A stretch of DNA of 64,000 nucleotides from Chiloscyllium plagiosum. Its lineage: Eukaryota. The notes under the pieces were generated by a model, which worked only from the letters and a program-made list of their open reading frames with translations, did not search any database and was not told the origin of the DNA. Below, piece after piece: positions 49,775-62,800 of the stretch. Location of the stretch: NCBI RefSeq assembly GCF_004010195.1, contig NC_057719.1:18257438-18321437 (forward strand). Reading direction: 5' to 3'. The first letter of the stretch is position 1, and each line of letters opens with the position of its first letter. Position numbers and translations under genes: made by a program.

Positions 49775-50670
49775 ATAGGAACGTAAGAACAGGAGGAGGC
49801 CATTCAGCCTTCAAGCTGGTTCTGCCTTTTAATGAGATCATGCCTGGTCTGTGACCTAACTACATATATCTGCCTTTGGTTCTTTTCCCTAAATACCTTA
49901 GTTTTTAAAAATATCCAGCTCAGGCTTTAAACTATCAATTGATCTAGCATCAACTTCCATTTGTGGAAGCAAGTTCCAAATCTCTATCACTTCTTATTTG
50001 TAGAAATGCTTTCTAACGTCTCTGAAGAACGGTCTGGCCTTAACTTTTAGACCATGTCCCCTTGTTCTAGAATTTCCTCCATTGCTTATTTTGATTTACC
50101 CTTTTATTCCTCATTAGTGTCTTGAAGATTCCATCAGATCACGCCTTACCCTTCTAAATTCTGGAGGACACCAACCTAATTTGTATACTCTCTGCTCATT
50201 ACTTAACCCCCGAAGTCCAGGCATTTATTTTGTTTACCCATGGTTATACTCCCTCCAAGGCCTGTAAATCCTTCCTTAGATGTTATGCCCACAACTGCTT
50301 ACAGTACTCCAAGTAGGGTCTAAGCAGGGTTTTGTATAACTGCAGCATAACTTCTGCACCCATCCTTTCCTGTCCTCTTGATATGAAGACTAGCATTCCA
50401 TTAGCTTTGCTGATTATTTTCTGCACCAGTTGCTGGCATTTTAAAGATCGATGCACCTGAACTCTCAAATCTGTTTGGACAGTTACTGAAGTTAACTTCA
50501 TATCATCTAGAAAGTACTCTGATCTATCCCTTTTCAGTGCAAATTGGGTAACCACAAACTTGCTCACACTGAACTCCATCTGTTACAGTTTTGCCCATTC
50601 ACTGAGCCTATTGATATCCCTTCATAACTTTATACTACCATCTACACTGTATACAATGCTGTCTAACTTT
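49775..50670 (-). mobile_element. CR1 3' fragment
   Basis: ORF 50283..50579 KANGMLVFISRG...VMLQLYKTLLRPYLEYCKQLWA; taggaacgtaagaac tail. Confidence 0.9.
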
Positions 50671-50971
50671 GAATAATTCATCACAAGCAGGTACTGTGAA
50701 TAAATCTGTTGACATTTTCATCCAAGGAATGGATGGAATCTGATCTGGATGCAGAGGCTGTCCCAATAATGGGGTTAATGTACTTTCCTTGTCATGTGTT
50801 TTGAGCATGCTCACTCATCCCTGGCCAGTACACAGATTCAGCGTTTGATATTCATGTGTCCCTGCTGTAACAAGAATACGATATCTTGGCATAATTCTTT
50901 CAGTATGAGGACTTGTTTCCCTTGAAAATAAGTTGTTGAGCTGTACTATGGTTGTCTCTATGTGGGCTAAA

Positions 50972-51430
50972 TTTATTTTATTATTTTATGGGATATGAGC
51001 AATGCTGACTAGGCCATTACTTATTGCCCATCCGTAATTCACCTTGAGAAGGTGGTGGTGAGCTGGCTTCTTGAACCATTGGTTAATTTGATGTAGGCAC
51101 CCCCACAAAGCTTATAGATAGGCACCCACACAAACCCTGAGATAAGAAGTTCCAGAATTTGAACTGATGGAAGTGAGGCAATGTGAAGTATTTTGAATTC
51201 AGGATGGTGAAGGGCTTGGAGGGGTACTTGCAGGTGGTAATCCTCCCAAATATCTATTGCTCTTGCCCTTTTAGATTGCTTGTTTGATTGGAAGTTGCTG
51301 TCTAAGGAACATTCTGTGAGACTGCTTTTCCAAATTTGGCACTAGTTCTGACGTGTTGGTCAGAATGTATTTGCAGGTTTTACAGAGCTGTGATTGCTAC
51401 TGGTATTTCTGGTGCCTAGGTCAATTTTAG
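50972..51430 (-). mobile_element. Old CR1/L2-type LINE 3' fragment
   Basis: ttattgcccatccgtaattcaccttgagaaggtggtggtgagctggcttcttgaacc is the reverse complement of the family tail seen near 10740 and 12370. Confidence 0.75.
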
Positions 51431-51765
51431 ATTGTTCTTCTGATTTCACTTCTATATCAATGATATTTCCATTTTTTTCTTAATCAGAAGGTTTTTCCTT
51501 AGGTATTTAGTTGGTATGGAAGTAGTGACTAACTCAAAGAGCATCTCTCTCTGAAAGGTCCTCTTCAGAAAAATTACACTTCTGCTCTTTACTGCAGTAT
51601 TTTTTGGTAAATTAGTCAACCAGTTCTTGGAGTTGCTTCTTACATCTCAATGAGTTGAAGTCTTTTAATGCTGAAGTTAATTCTTAGCTTTGAGAAGACC
51701 TTTGAGAACTTACAAGATCTTCAGTGGACCTTCCTGATTGTCTGTGAGGAGATCAGGTGTTTTAG

Positions 51766-52598
51766 TTTTATGACACCCCATTTACCAATCGGAAGTAAGA
51801 TATTTAAAGCTCTTTGGTCAGGACTATCTTGAAATGTAAAATAGAATTGCATCCATTTTTTGAATAAGATGTCACAAAGCTGGACCTTTTTTTCTAAAAG
51901 CTGATGCCTTCCTCAACTATACTGTGACCTTGGTTTTTCTTCAGAGGGGTTGTAAACATCTCTCGGTGCTGGTTAGACTGGTTTGTTACAGAGATTAAAG
52001 GATATCGAGAAGCCTTTTTCTTTATATGTAAACAGATGAGATTTCAGGCCAAAGTGGTCATGTTTTAGAAGTGACTTGTATATTGAAAGGGGAGTGGTCA
52101 GCTCTCTAGCTGAGCAGTTCAGTTCCATCCAGAACTGGTTAGGAATTCAACGGTGAACTGTATGGAAACTCTCTTACTTTCTGTCCTTGTAACTTCACCT
52201 TGAAAGTATCTGTTCCATTTTTTGCTGTGTTTTAGGTGATTTGCTTATTGGGACTGTTGTGTATGTTTGGAACAGCATAATTAAGTCCAGTTTGGATAGA
52301 TTGAGTTCTGGATTAGTGGTACTGGAAAAGCACACCAGTTCAGGCAGCATCCGAGGAGCAGTAAAATCGAAGTTTCGGGCAGGAATACGTTTCATCAGGA
52401 ATACAGTTCTGTTGGGGTTCTTTATTCTGTTCTTTGTATTTCATTGTGTAATTTTGTGAATAAATGTTTTGTCTGTTTTAAAACCTGATAGTCAACCTGG
52501 CTAGCTCACTTCAGGTAACTTTCTGAAACAAATTGCAAAGTTATGGTCTGGGTTGCCTGCTGAAGAATGTTTTGAGTGGTCTGGCCTAGTTCATAACA
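51766..52598 (+). mobile_element. Probable solo LTR
   Basis: Starts ttttatgac (like TGTTATGA), ends tcataaca (inverted terminal match, ...CA), AATAAA at ~52459; no TSD seen. Confidence 0.45.
52311..52404 (-). mobile_element. PLE-derived family C element nested in the putative LTR
   Basis: Family C body; CUGAUGA and GAAA are retained but stem II is disrupted; agttctg flanks both sides. Confidence 0.75.
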
Positions 52599-53471
52599 AA
52601 ATGTATTTCAGTAAAGATGTCATTGGTGACTCAATTGATATTTAAGGGTTTGCCTTCCATTTCTCTTTGCAGGTCTTCACTTTCTTTTAGCAGAGTGCAG
52701 CCAAGTGTCTATTGCTTTCTTCTACAGGTTTTGTTATGTCCTTCTTTTTATCCTCCTTTCCTCCATTGGTTTTTCTTTATTTTTCATTGGCCATTGCTCA
52801 CTTAGTCTGGCTTTTGTCCATTTAAAATGGCACATTTAAGAGTCATGGTTGCAGAATTTTCCCTATAGGTCTGGTTCATGGTCTTCCTTTAACATTTTGC
52901 AACTGTAATTTCTTTGTGGGAATGCCATCAGGGTCATTTAACTGACAATTGAGAAAGGCTCTCTGGCTTTGTTTCTTTAAAGAGCCAAAGTTAGATTGCT
53001 GATTGCTTTTAGTTTTGCTTGTATTTGTAACTTCAGCCTTCTATTTTTAAGTAAAGGACCTCTTAGAAACTTCCTCTGTCTTGAACTATCTTAAATTTTT
53101 CTCAAGAATTTAGCTTGATCTTCTGGCTAGTCAATGATCATCTGCATATTTGTGTGGCAGGGAATACTCACAGAAATTAATACTGTTGATTTAATTTTCT
53201 AATGTCCAAAACTGTTGTTTACTTGATCTTTAATTGGTTTTCCAAATATTTACTGCAAAGAACTTGAAGTCTAAAGTTTATATAAGACTGTCTCTCTTAA
53301 TCATTGTGGCAATACTTACGTTTTTCCACAAAATGTAAGAAACTAAACATTGATTTTCTAGTAATGAAGAATCTAACAGATGTTTATTATAGCTAACTGC
53401 TGCAGGCAAACACAGGTATCTGAGTGTCTGGGCTCACAATAAGCTACCAGGTTAAAAAGAACAGCATATAT

Positions 53472-53680
53472 AGAATAGAATAGAATAGAATAGCAACCCT
53501 ACAGCGTGGAAACAGCCCTTTGGCCCAACAAGTCCACATCGACCCTCTGATAAGTAACCCACCCAGACCCATTCTCCTACTACTTTACATTTTATCCATG
53601 ACTAATGCACCTAACATACACATCCCTGAACACTATGGGCAATTTAGCATGGCCAATTCGCTTCACCTGCATATCTTTGG
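53472..53680 (-). mobile_element. 3' half of an HE1-type SINE with (tagaa)n tail
   Basis: Homologous to 59230-59375. Confidence 0.85.
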
Positions 53681-54865
53681 ATCTAGTTATATGTTATGAT
53701 TCAAATGTTCCAGGTAAGATGAAGTGTGAGATCTTTATACATTGGTGTCATATGCTACGACACTGTGATAATATTATGAATATCTTCTTTAAAGATAAAC
53801 TGACATACTTATTATGAGATAAACTGACATACTACTGTGCGACATAACATAACAAAGGCCTTTAAGCCAAGTGGTGTTTTAGCATGACTGATTATCAGAG
53901 ACAGAAGAGAGGCTTTCTGGTGACAGAATGAGTTATAAGTCAACCAGAAGGAATACATCAGTCTCTCATGCTAACTTTGTGATGTTGCACATTTTATTCT
54001 TCTATCTATTGCAGATGTACAAATCATACAAGAAGGATTTCAAAAACAATAATGTGAATTCCCTAGTTGAAGATAATTGTGAGTATTGGAAGGCTCTATA
54101 AACATGTCTGACCTGTCCAGTCGTGGCTCTGTTCTCTGTACAGAGTAAGTTGGATTACACATCACATCCTAACTTGTGGAGTATTGTGGTCAGCAGTTAA
54201 ATTATGTCTCTTTAAGGTACATCACAACATCCCCCATATTTTTCAACATCAAATATCTATCCTTAAAGGGTCAAAAGCTATTTACATTGTACAAAAAAAA
54301 ATGTATTGCATTTTATTACACAAAGCAATGAATCACTGAACATACCAGAAATTTACTTATGGATGGAATCTTATAGCAAAATGGGATTTGGTGAAATTTG
54401 TGGCAGAAACAATGAAGAGTCTGTTGAGATGAGCAATTCATTGAATCCTTTAGATATGTTTCATCAACTTGTACATATATGTTATGGCACACATCTGGAG
54501 AAGCCAGGCCTCCTGGCTCAAAGGTATAGACAGTACCTTGCAACAGCCCTTTCCATCTGAGCTTTTATGTTTTTCAGAAGCAGTGTGGGAATTTCTTGCT
54601 GGGAAATAGAGAGTTTCCAATTCAGGGGGAATCATTACCTGTTAAACACTTTGTTAGTAGTACAAGTCAGCTTAATAACATGCAGCCGTAGGTCCAAGAA
54701 ACAGCTGTAGTCTGAACAGAGTGATCTTCTGCCTTCCAACAAAGGGTCAGAAATTTGGTGTTTGGCAGGACTAGCCGGAATATCAATGGCACTGTTCAGT
54801 CTCTCAGTTCTGTGGCGCTTGTGTTTTGTAGCTCCTCCTTCCTTCCCAGGTTTTCCATGAGTTCT

Positions 54866-55142
54866 CAAATAAGAACAAAATACTGTGGAAATCCAGCACT
54901 AACATAGAGAATACTGGAGGAACTCATCAGCTCTGAAAGCATCTGTGGAGAAAGAAACAGAGTCAATGTTTCAAGGCCAGTATGACTCTTTTTCAGAACT
55001 GAAAGGTGTTGGAAAACAGGTTCTGTCAAGAACATAAAAAAAGTTCCCAACCTTTTACTGAACCAGAGATATCCCGGGCTCAAAACATTATTTCTATTTC
55101 TTTGCCAGACCTGTTGAGTTTCCCCAGTGTTCTCTGTGTTTA
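54866..55142. mobile_element. Old PLE-derived family A fold-back element
   Basis: Degenerate inverted arms; TSD tttccatgagttct (54852-54865) / tttccacaagttct (55143-55156). Confidence 0.7.
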
Positions 55143-56031
55143 TTTCCACAAGTTCTGCCTACAAAGTTGTTTTTTATCCTTCACTGATAGAGAACTTGCC
55201 CCTTTTCTGTGTCTCTGAAGCATTCTCTTCCGTGTCCCCTTCTTTCAACAAGTTATTTGCATGGAGAGCAGATTACAGGGAAATAGTGAGTGAGAACAGC
55301 TACTGAGAAGTTTAAGTTTGGTTAATGCAGGTCACATGCAGAAAGAACGATCGAGGTGCTTTCCCTTTGCAGGCTGGATATCTCTGCTCTATTAGTCAAG
55401 AGTGTGGTCCTGGAAAAACACAACGATTCAGGCAGTGTCCGAGGAGAAGGAGAATCAATGGTAATCAATGGTAACATTTCAACAGAGATGAGGAGATGAG
55501 GGAAAATTCTGCCCACCCCTCTGGATTTTATGCCACTCCTGCCTTGGGATAGAAAAGCTCTGGTTAATAATGTAAACGCCCCTCATGAGTTTCATAAAAT
55601 CTGAAAAGGACACTATTAGGACATGAGTGCAAAGAGATTCCTGCAGTTTTAATCTCTGAAGACAGATTGTCTTAGATTTCCATTCAATTAAGTGTTCACT
55701 TGACTCAGTGAAAAAGCTGAGGACACTGTCCATGCATTAGACTGTGGTCCGTACTGAAGGCCGAAAGCTCATTTTTTCAAGATTGGCTAAAAATGAACAA
55801 TATTGAAAATTTTGACATGGTGCAGAATCTCATTGCCAGTCTAATATCTCAAAATTCACAATTCTTTCTGCAAAAATGAAATTATCCTCAGAATGAATGC
55901 TGATATTAATACTATCACTAAAGCACTCCAGGCGTCAAGTCATGAATGCAATTAACTGTGTGGCAGCAAGTAAAGAGTAATGAAACAGAGCCTAAACATT
56001 TTCACACTGCCATGGCAAACTCTGTGTTTAC

Positions 56032-56126
56032 TGAAATGAAAACAGAAATTGCTGGAGAAGGTCTGACACCATCATTGGAGAGAAAGTGGAGTTAATGTTT
56101 TGGGTCCAGTGACCCTTCTTCAGAAC
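56032..56126 (-). mobile_element. PLE-derived family A element; hammerhead with G12->A
   Basis: GUU-CUGAAGA-A-GGGUC-ACUG-GACCC-AAAA-CAUU-AAC; perfect stems I and II. Confidence 0.75.
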
Positions 56127-57061
56127 CAGATTGTGTTCATCAGATTCTCACACTGGGCAATAGGCTCCTTTCCCTCAGTGAAGCATTAAACATCAGCACA
56201 AACCAGTTGGACCACAAAGCCAGTCCTTATGCTATTACATGTACTGTTATGTCCTGTGCGCTTCAACATTTGGTGCAGTTTTTGGGATCAATTTTAACTT
56301 AACCCTCTTGTTAAAAGTCAGAAAGAGTGGAATATAATGATGGGTTTGCAACCTGGTCAAATTGCATTAAATGTGATAAATATTGGAGGGGGTGTGAAAC
56401 AGGTACTCTACCTGATCCCATGGGATTCCTGTCCTGCAAGTTAGGTCAAAATAACAACCACAATAAGATCACTTTAATATTGCTGTCCTTTGTCAATTCA
56501 CCCCATACTACGTGGGACTGTTGGACACAGATTGGATTAGAAGACATGGAAAGAGCCAAGTATTTTGACGAGTTGACAAATCCCTCTCCTGCTACTGAAT
56601 CTAAATGGTTCGAATTTAGCACACAAACTCTGCAGGCAGTTGAATGACTGGTAGAAGATGTCCTTAAAATATCCAGCATGTCTGTTAGAACCTGAATGAG
56701 AAGTATTGTTTCATGTTTCATGTGAGATTGTTCACAAGCAGAATTCTGGATAATGCTGCTTTGGCATATTTAAGATGGCTCCAAAGGGACAGGGTTTTTT
56801 GAGAATTGGAAGATTTTCAATGGGGTGTTGCTGTTTTCAGTGTTTATTTCATGTTCGTTTAATCCTTCAGGTAATGAATTATAAGAATTCACCCTCCAGA
56901 GATTCTTTGTAAGCATGGTGAATACAAAGGTTGGTTTTCCATTCTGTGTTTTCACTCCTGTTTGTTTATGCATACAAATTAAAACAGAGAAAATTAAAAT
57001 AACATAAATTTGATGCTTCACTAGCTTATGCTATCTGTTCCAAAACAATAAACTATCTTTA

Positions 57062-58675
57062 GTCAGGAGGGCAAAAAGGGGACATGAGATAGCTTTGGCA
57101 AATAGAATTAAGGAGAATCCAAAGAGTTTTTACAAGTACATTAAGGACAAAAGGGTAACTAGGGAGAGAATAGGGCCCCTCAAAGATCAGCAAAACGGCC
57201 TTTGTGTGGAGCCGCAGAAAATGGGGGAGATACTAAATGAGTATTTTGCATCAGTATTTACTGTGGAAAAGGATATGGAAGATATAGACTGTAGGGAAAT
57301 AGATGGTGACATCTTGCAAAATGTCCAGATTACAGAGGAGGAAGTGCTGGATGCTTTGAAATGGTTAAAGGTGCATAACTCCCCAGGACCTGATCAGGTG
57401 TACCCGAGAACTCTGTGGGAAGCTAGAGAAGTGATTGCTGGGCCTCTTGCTGAGATATTTGTATCATCGATAGTCACAGGTGAGGTGCCGAAAGACTGGA
57501 GGTTGGCAAACGTGGTGCCACTGCTTAAAAAGGGCGGTAAAGACAAGCCAGGGAAATATAGACCAGTGAGCTGACCTCAGTCGTGGGCAAGTTGTTGGAG
57601 GGAATCCTGAGGGACAAGATGNNNNNNNNNNNNNNNNNNNNNNNNNNNNNNNNNNNNNNNNNNNNNNNNNNNNNNNNNNNNNNNNNNNNNNNNNNNNNNN
57701 NNNNNNNNNNNNNNNNNNNNNNNNNNNNNNNNNNNNNNNNNNNNNNNNNNNNNNNNNNNNNNNNNNNNNNNNNNNNNNNNNNNNNNNNNNNNNNNNNNNN
57801 NNNNNNNNNNNNNNNNNNNNNNNNNNNNNNNNNNNNNNNNNNNNNNNNNNNNNNNNNNNNNNNNNNNNNNNNNNNNNNNNNNNNNNNNNNNNNNNNNNNN
57901 NNNNNNNNNNNNNNNNNNNNNNNNNNNNNNNNNNNNNNNNNNNNNNNNNNNNNNNNNNNNNNNNNNNNNNNNNNNNNNNNNNNNNNNNNNNNNNNNNNNN
58001 NNNNNNNNNNNNNNNNNNNNNNNNNNNNNNNNNNNNNNNNNNNNNNNNNNNNNNNNNNNNNNNNNNNNNNNNNNNNNNNNNNNNNNNNNNNNNNNNNNNN
58101 NNNNNNNNNNNNNNNNNNNNNNNNNNNNNNNNNNNNNNNNNNNNNNNNNNNNNNNNNNNNNNNNNNNNNNNNNNNNNNNNNNNNNNNNNNNNNNNNNNNN
58201 NNNNNNNNNNNNNNNNNNNNNNNNNNNNNNNNNNNNNNNNNNNNNNNNNNNNNNNNNNNNNNNNNNNNNNNNNNNNNNNNNNNNNNNNNNNNNNNNNNNN
58301 NNNNNNNNNNNNNNNNNNNNNNNNNNNNNNNNNNNNNNNNNNNNNNNNNNNNNNNNNNNNNNNNNNNNNNNNNNNNNNNNNNNNNNNNNNNNNNNNNNNN
58401 NNNNNNNNNNNNNNNNNNNNNNNNNNNNNNNNNNNNNNNNNNNNNNNNNNNNNNNNNNNNNNNNNNNNNNNNNNNNNNNNNNNNNNNNNNNNNNNNNNNN
58501 NNTTGCAACATTTAAGAGGCATTTGGATGGGTATATGAATAGGAAGGGTTTGGAGGGATATGGGCCAGATGCTGGCAGGTGGGACTAGATTGGGTTGGGA
58601 TATCTGGTTGGCATGGACGGGTTGCACCGAAGGGTCTGTTTCCATACTGTACATCTCTATGACTCTATGACTCTA
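57062..58675 (+). mobile_element. Young 5'-truncated CR1 (HER1-like) LINE spanning an N gap
   Basis: ORF 57095..57574 IKENPKSFYKYIK...SPGPDQVYPRTLWEAREVIAGPLAEIF...WRLANVVPLLKKGGKDKPGKYRPVS; tail ctctatgactctatgactcta. Confidence 0.95.
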
Positions 58676-59206
58676 AGTCCTTTGCAATTCCTTTTGCGTC
58701 ATGCATCCAAAATGGAAAGTTTTGTGAGACTGCACCCTTCTTGGGTGGCTCCATTGATCCTGGCCAGTAGGGGAAAGCTACATTCCTGTGCTGCATGAAT
58801 CAGGAGTGTGTCATCCAATGCATTTACTCTCATGAATATTCAGGCCCCCAACTCATTATTTTTCAGTTAGTAGCTCTGTTCAATTAGAAGCAAACTATGA
58901 ATGCACGTTTCGAACCAATAGCTTTTATGCTACCTCTGCTATGAGGCAAAACCATTCAGGACCACACCTTGCCTGGTAATTTGGCTGATACAGAAAGGAA
59001 CATCGCACCAAATGTTCAAAAATTTCATTCCTGGGAAATTTTATCCTGTGGGCCCCTTTGGTGTAACATTAGTACTGCTCTCTTTGCTGCTGAATTTTAT
59101 TTATTTTGTGTTTAGTTCTTACACTGTTTGTGAAATGCTTATAATTTAATTCTCAGCTTTGGTTAAGGGCAAGTACCTGAAAAATCATGGAAAGAAATAA
59201 TGTACA

Positions 59207-59528
59207 TTTTTTTTTTTAGATTAGATTACGTTACAGTGTGGAAACAGGCCCTTCGGCCCAACAAGTCCACACCGACCCGCCGAAGCGTAACCCACCCATA
59301 CCCCTACATTTACCCCTTACCTAACACTGCGGGAAATTTAGCATGGCCAATTCACCTGACATGCACATCTTTGGACTGTGGGAGGAAACCGGAGCACCCG
59401 GAGGAAACCCACGCAGACACGGGGAGAACGTGCAAACTCCACACAGTCAGTCGCCTGAGACGGGAATTGAACCCGGGTCTCTGGCGCTGCGAGGCAGCAG
59501 TGCTAACCACTGTGCCACCGTGCCGCCC
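59207..59528 (-). mobile_element. Full-length, CpG-rich HE1-type V-SINE
   Basis: Minus strand: GGGCGGCACGG-TGGCACAGTGG (A box), GGTTCAATTCC (B box), V-domain, CR1-like 3' tail gggccgaagggcctgtttccacactgta, then (tctaa)/A tail. Confidence 0.93.
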
Positions 59529-59534
59529 ACCTTT

Positions 59535-59810
59535 AGGGACATCAGTTTAAGGTCAGAGGGGAAAGAATAAAAGGGAACCTGAGGGGCAATGTTTTTAGAC
59601 AGAGGGTGGTACGCATATGGAAAAAGGTGCCAGCAGAAATGGTTGAGGCGGGTACATTAACAACATTTTAGAGGTGTTTGGAAAAATACATGGATAGGGA
59701 ATGTTTAGAAGGAGATGGGTCTTGTGCAGGGAAATGGTTAATGGACATTTTGGTCGGCATGGACCAATTTGGACCAATGACTCCATGCTGCAGGACTCTG
59801 ATTCTTTCGG
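59535..59810 (+). mobile_element. CR1 3' UTR fragment
   Basis: gaacctgaggggcaatgtttttagacagagggtggtacgcatatgg...gtcggcatggaccaatttggacc. Confidence 0.8.
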
Positions 59811-62800
59811 AAGCATGGAAGGTACCAAATAGTTTTGCATTTAATAAAGTGTTTCGAAGCCAGTGTTGCTTTGCAGGCAATTCTTTTAAGGGTTTACAAA
59901 TGCTGTCTAGCCTGCCATGCATTTCTAGAATTTGATTTCAGATTCTCAGCATTTGCAGTTTATCACACAGAAGAGCGGGGTGTGAACCAAAGGCCATTCA
60001 GGCATATAAGTGGCAGCCATGAATGAGGTCATCAGTGGTGGTTGTCCCACCTATCTACAGCCACTGGCCAATTAGAGGCTGCCAGCATCAGCAGGTGTTG
60101 TGATTTCTGGCATATCTGTTTGATAATGGCCACAAGAGGAGTGTTGGCATCTTTCAGTGGCCCCCATCCTCCTGACACCAAGACATCTGATTGGAGTGCA
60201 TGGTTTGAGTGAATCTACTCCCTGGGAGACCACTAGCAAATCCCATTGGGTTTACTGGGCAACCTTTCAAGGGCATGGGAAACTGCATTGCCTCAGTTTA
60301 ATCCCTGAATCACTGCTAAATTTCAGTCTACTCAGGGCTAATGGGTGTCAATTGATGAGCCTGCTTTGACACGCTGCCTCTGGCAGCTAGGAATCCTGTG
60401 TCCTCTTTCCACTTTTAACCCAATTCGAAAGATTTTGCCATGGCCAGGAGAAGGAGATTCGACCTCCCTGTGATTACAATCTGAGGAATTATGCACCCCT
60501 CCACCGTGGGATGCAGAGAAGGAGGCAATTCAGCCAATTGTGCTAATGCTGGCCCTTTTGAAAGAGCAATCATGGTTAATCCCACAACTCCATTTTTTTT
60601 ATCTGTAACACTGCAACTATCTCATTCTTAAGTAACCGTACAATGCCATTTAAAGCTATTTACAACTGGCAGTCTTCAGTTGCTGATGGGATTGGGAAGA
60701 GTTGAGGGTATAAGTAAAAAATTGTTTTCTCTGGATGGCCTCTGATGGCTCACTTAAAAGCACGTGCGGGATGGCAAGAGTGGAGCACCTGTTTTGCCTT
60801 TAGTTAGGAGACCTTTAAACTCCCTGAGATGCTTTGCTAATGGACTAGAAAGGGTAGGAATGCAATTTTCAGGGATGTGATCAATGAACCCAAACCCTAT
60901 TGATGCCAAGTTGTCAAATTCAAAACTGGAAGAATTAAAGTTGAAATGTTTCAGGGGCAGGAGCATCTCACATCTGATCCATGTATTTTGCTGCACTATT
61001 GACCCTCTTAGTCAGATCTGCTTGGTGAGATTGTTGGTCCTCTTAGCTTTGATCTACCCACCTCTGCAAAGCATTTGCTGCTTGCATTCAGCAGGTAACC
61101 CTTGTAGATCCACAGTGGCACATAACCAGGGTTTTAGTTCCAGTAGCTCTAGCAGTTTCTCTAGCATTCTCGGTGTACATTTCTAATTCACTGGATTGAT
61201 CCTTAAGGTGGATTGTTCAATGATGGGAGGCTGGGTAAATTGGGCCTAGGTTTAGCATCGTCTACTCTTGCTCCTACATTCTATGTTCTCATCGTCTTAA
61301 GTTGATGTTATAAGATCAAAGACTTTAAAAGTTGCCATTGTTATATGTTGCCACGCTTCCAATTTAATTCTACATGCTATAATCGTATTTTAAAATTTAT
61401 AAATGAATTAGTCAAGATCCCATTTGATAAGAGTATCATGCAGCTTGGAGAATAGTTTAATAACCCATTCTAGACAGCCTTTCTCCCTGAGTGGACTGAG
61501 CTAACAATCCACATCATCCTACTGAGCAGTCTCTATGTACACCAAGTACAAATGTGGCTGCTCCTCCCACTGAATTTGTATCGAATTTCTCAAGAATAAG
61601 TACAAATGAGAAAAACAAACATCAGAAAACAGTATACTCAGTGTAATTGTGAATTAGGGGAAGCATAAGTCTGTACTTGAGACTATGTACAATTATTTCT
61701 ACTGGAAGACCTGTCATTCACCAAAGTAAAATAAATCCCTTCTGTGATATGATTTTGTATACATATTTTGTTGAGCAAGTTATTGGGTTACGGTGACATT
61801 TCTGCTATTTAGAGATTGTGCCATATTAATTCTCTGAGACAGCCTTTCTAACCTAACACCTCAGCCAGGTTGATCCACAAACTTCAGGGATGGTTGACCA
61901 ACTTGTCCAGAACTTTAATGGGCTAGAACTGTCCTTATGAACCAGGATCATGAATCCTGAGTGTGCAGTGGATTACGTTGGTGACCAATCTTCTGAAGTA
62001 ATTCAAGAAATGAGCTTACCACCAATTTTCCAAGTGTAATTAGGGATATACAACAAATGCTGACCCTACTAGAAAATGCTCACAGCATATGATCGAATAA
62101 AAACAAGAGTCCATTCTGAGATCCATGAGCTCAGAATACTTCATTTCCCTTCTTGAGTTCATGAACAGCCTAATCACACTTCCTTAATGGGACCACTCGA
62201 CACAGTGCCAAGCACTTCCTTTTATTTGATTCTAGTTAGGAGGAGCAGCAATGTTCCCATTTCATTTCTAAGGATGGGTCATTCATCAATTCATTAAACT
62301 CTCCTCTCTTCTGTCAGATGTGGATGGACATGCAGTATATTTCCAATAGTCCTTCAATTGTCAAATCAAATTTCTACTGATTTCACTTGTTGCTTTAATG
62401 TTAAAAAAGGTGTTTTGAAATGACCTTCTTCTCTCCACCAACACCCTTCAATCTGTTACTAAAACAAGAACTTGGTTTTCTAAACTATAATCATGCACAC
62501 TTGTTCATGTGCTAGTCCATACTGTATTATTTCAGAAAATAATAAATGCAGCAATTCCCACTGGTGGCAATAAGTGACTGGAACTTTCAGAAATGCAAAA
62601 GACCCAGAAATCAGGAGCTCATGGGCATACGTGCACAGTGATGGTTTTTTTTGTGTGTGTGCAATTGACAGAATATCCAGATCTAAGAATTCCTTTTAAG
62701 ATATTCTGGTATTCCTCAAGAGTAAAGAATCCTTCATACCACATGTTTATCAGATGGAGATTAATAAGTATGTGGCAATGATTATGAGCTAGTAATTCAA

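Noticed and set aside
53793..53833. 17-bp direct repeat agataaactgacatact with 24-bp period
   Set aside because: Simple local duplication with no further structure.
57464..58654. ORFs of 310-396 aa, the longest in the track
   Set aside because: They consist mostly of X across an assembly gap inside a CR1.
59440..59528. tRNA gene
   Set aside because: It is the tRNA-derived head of a SINE and continues into the V-domain and LINE tail.
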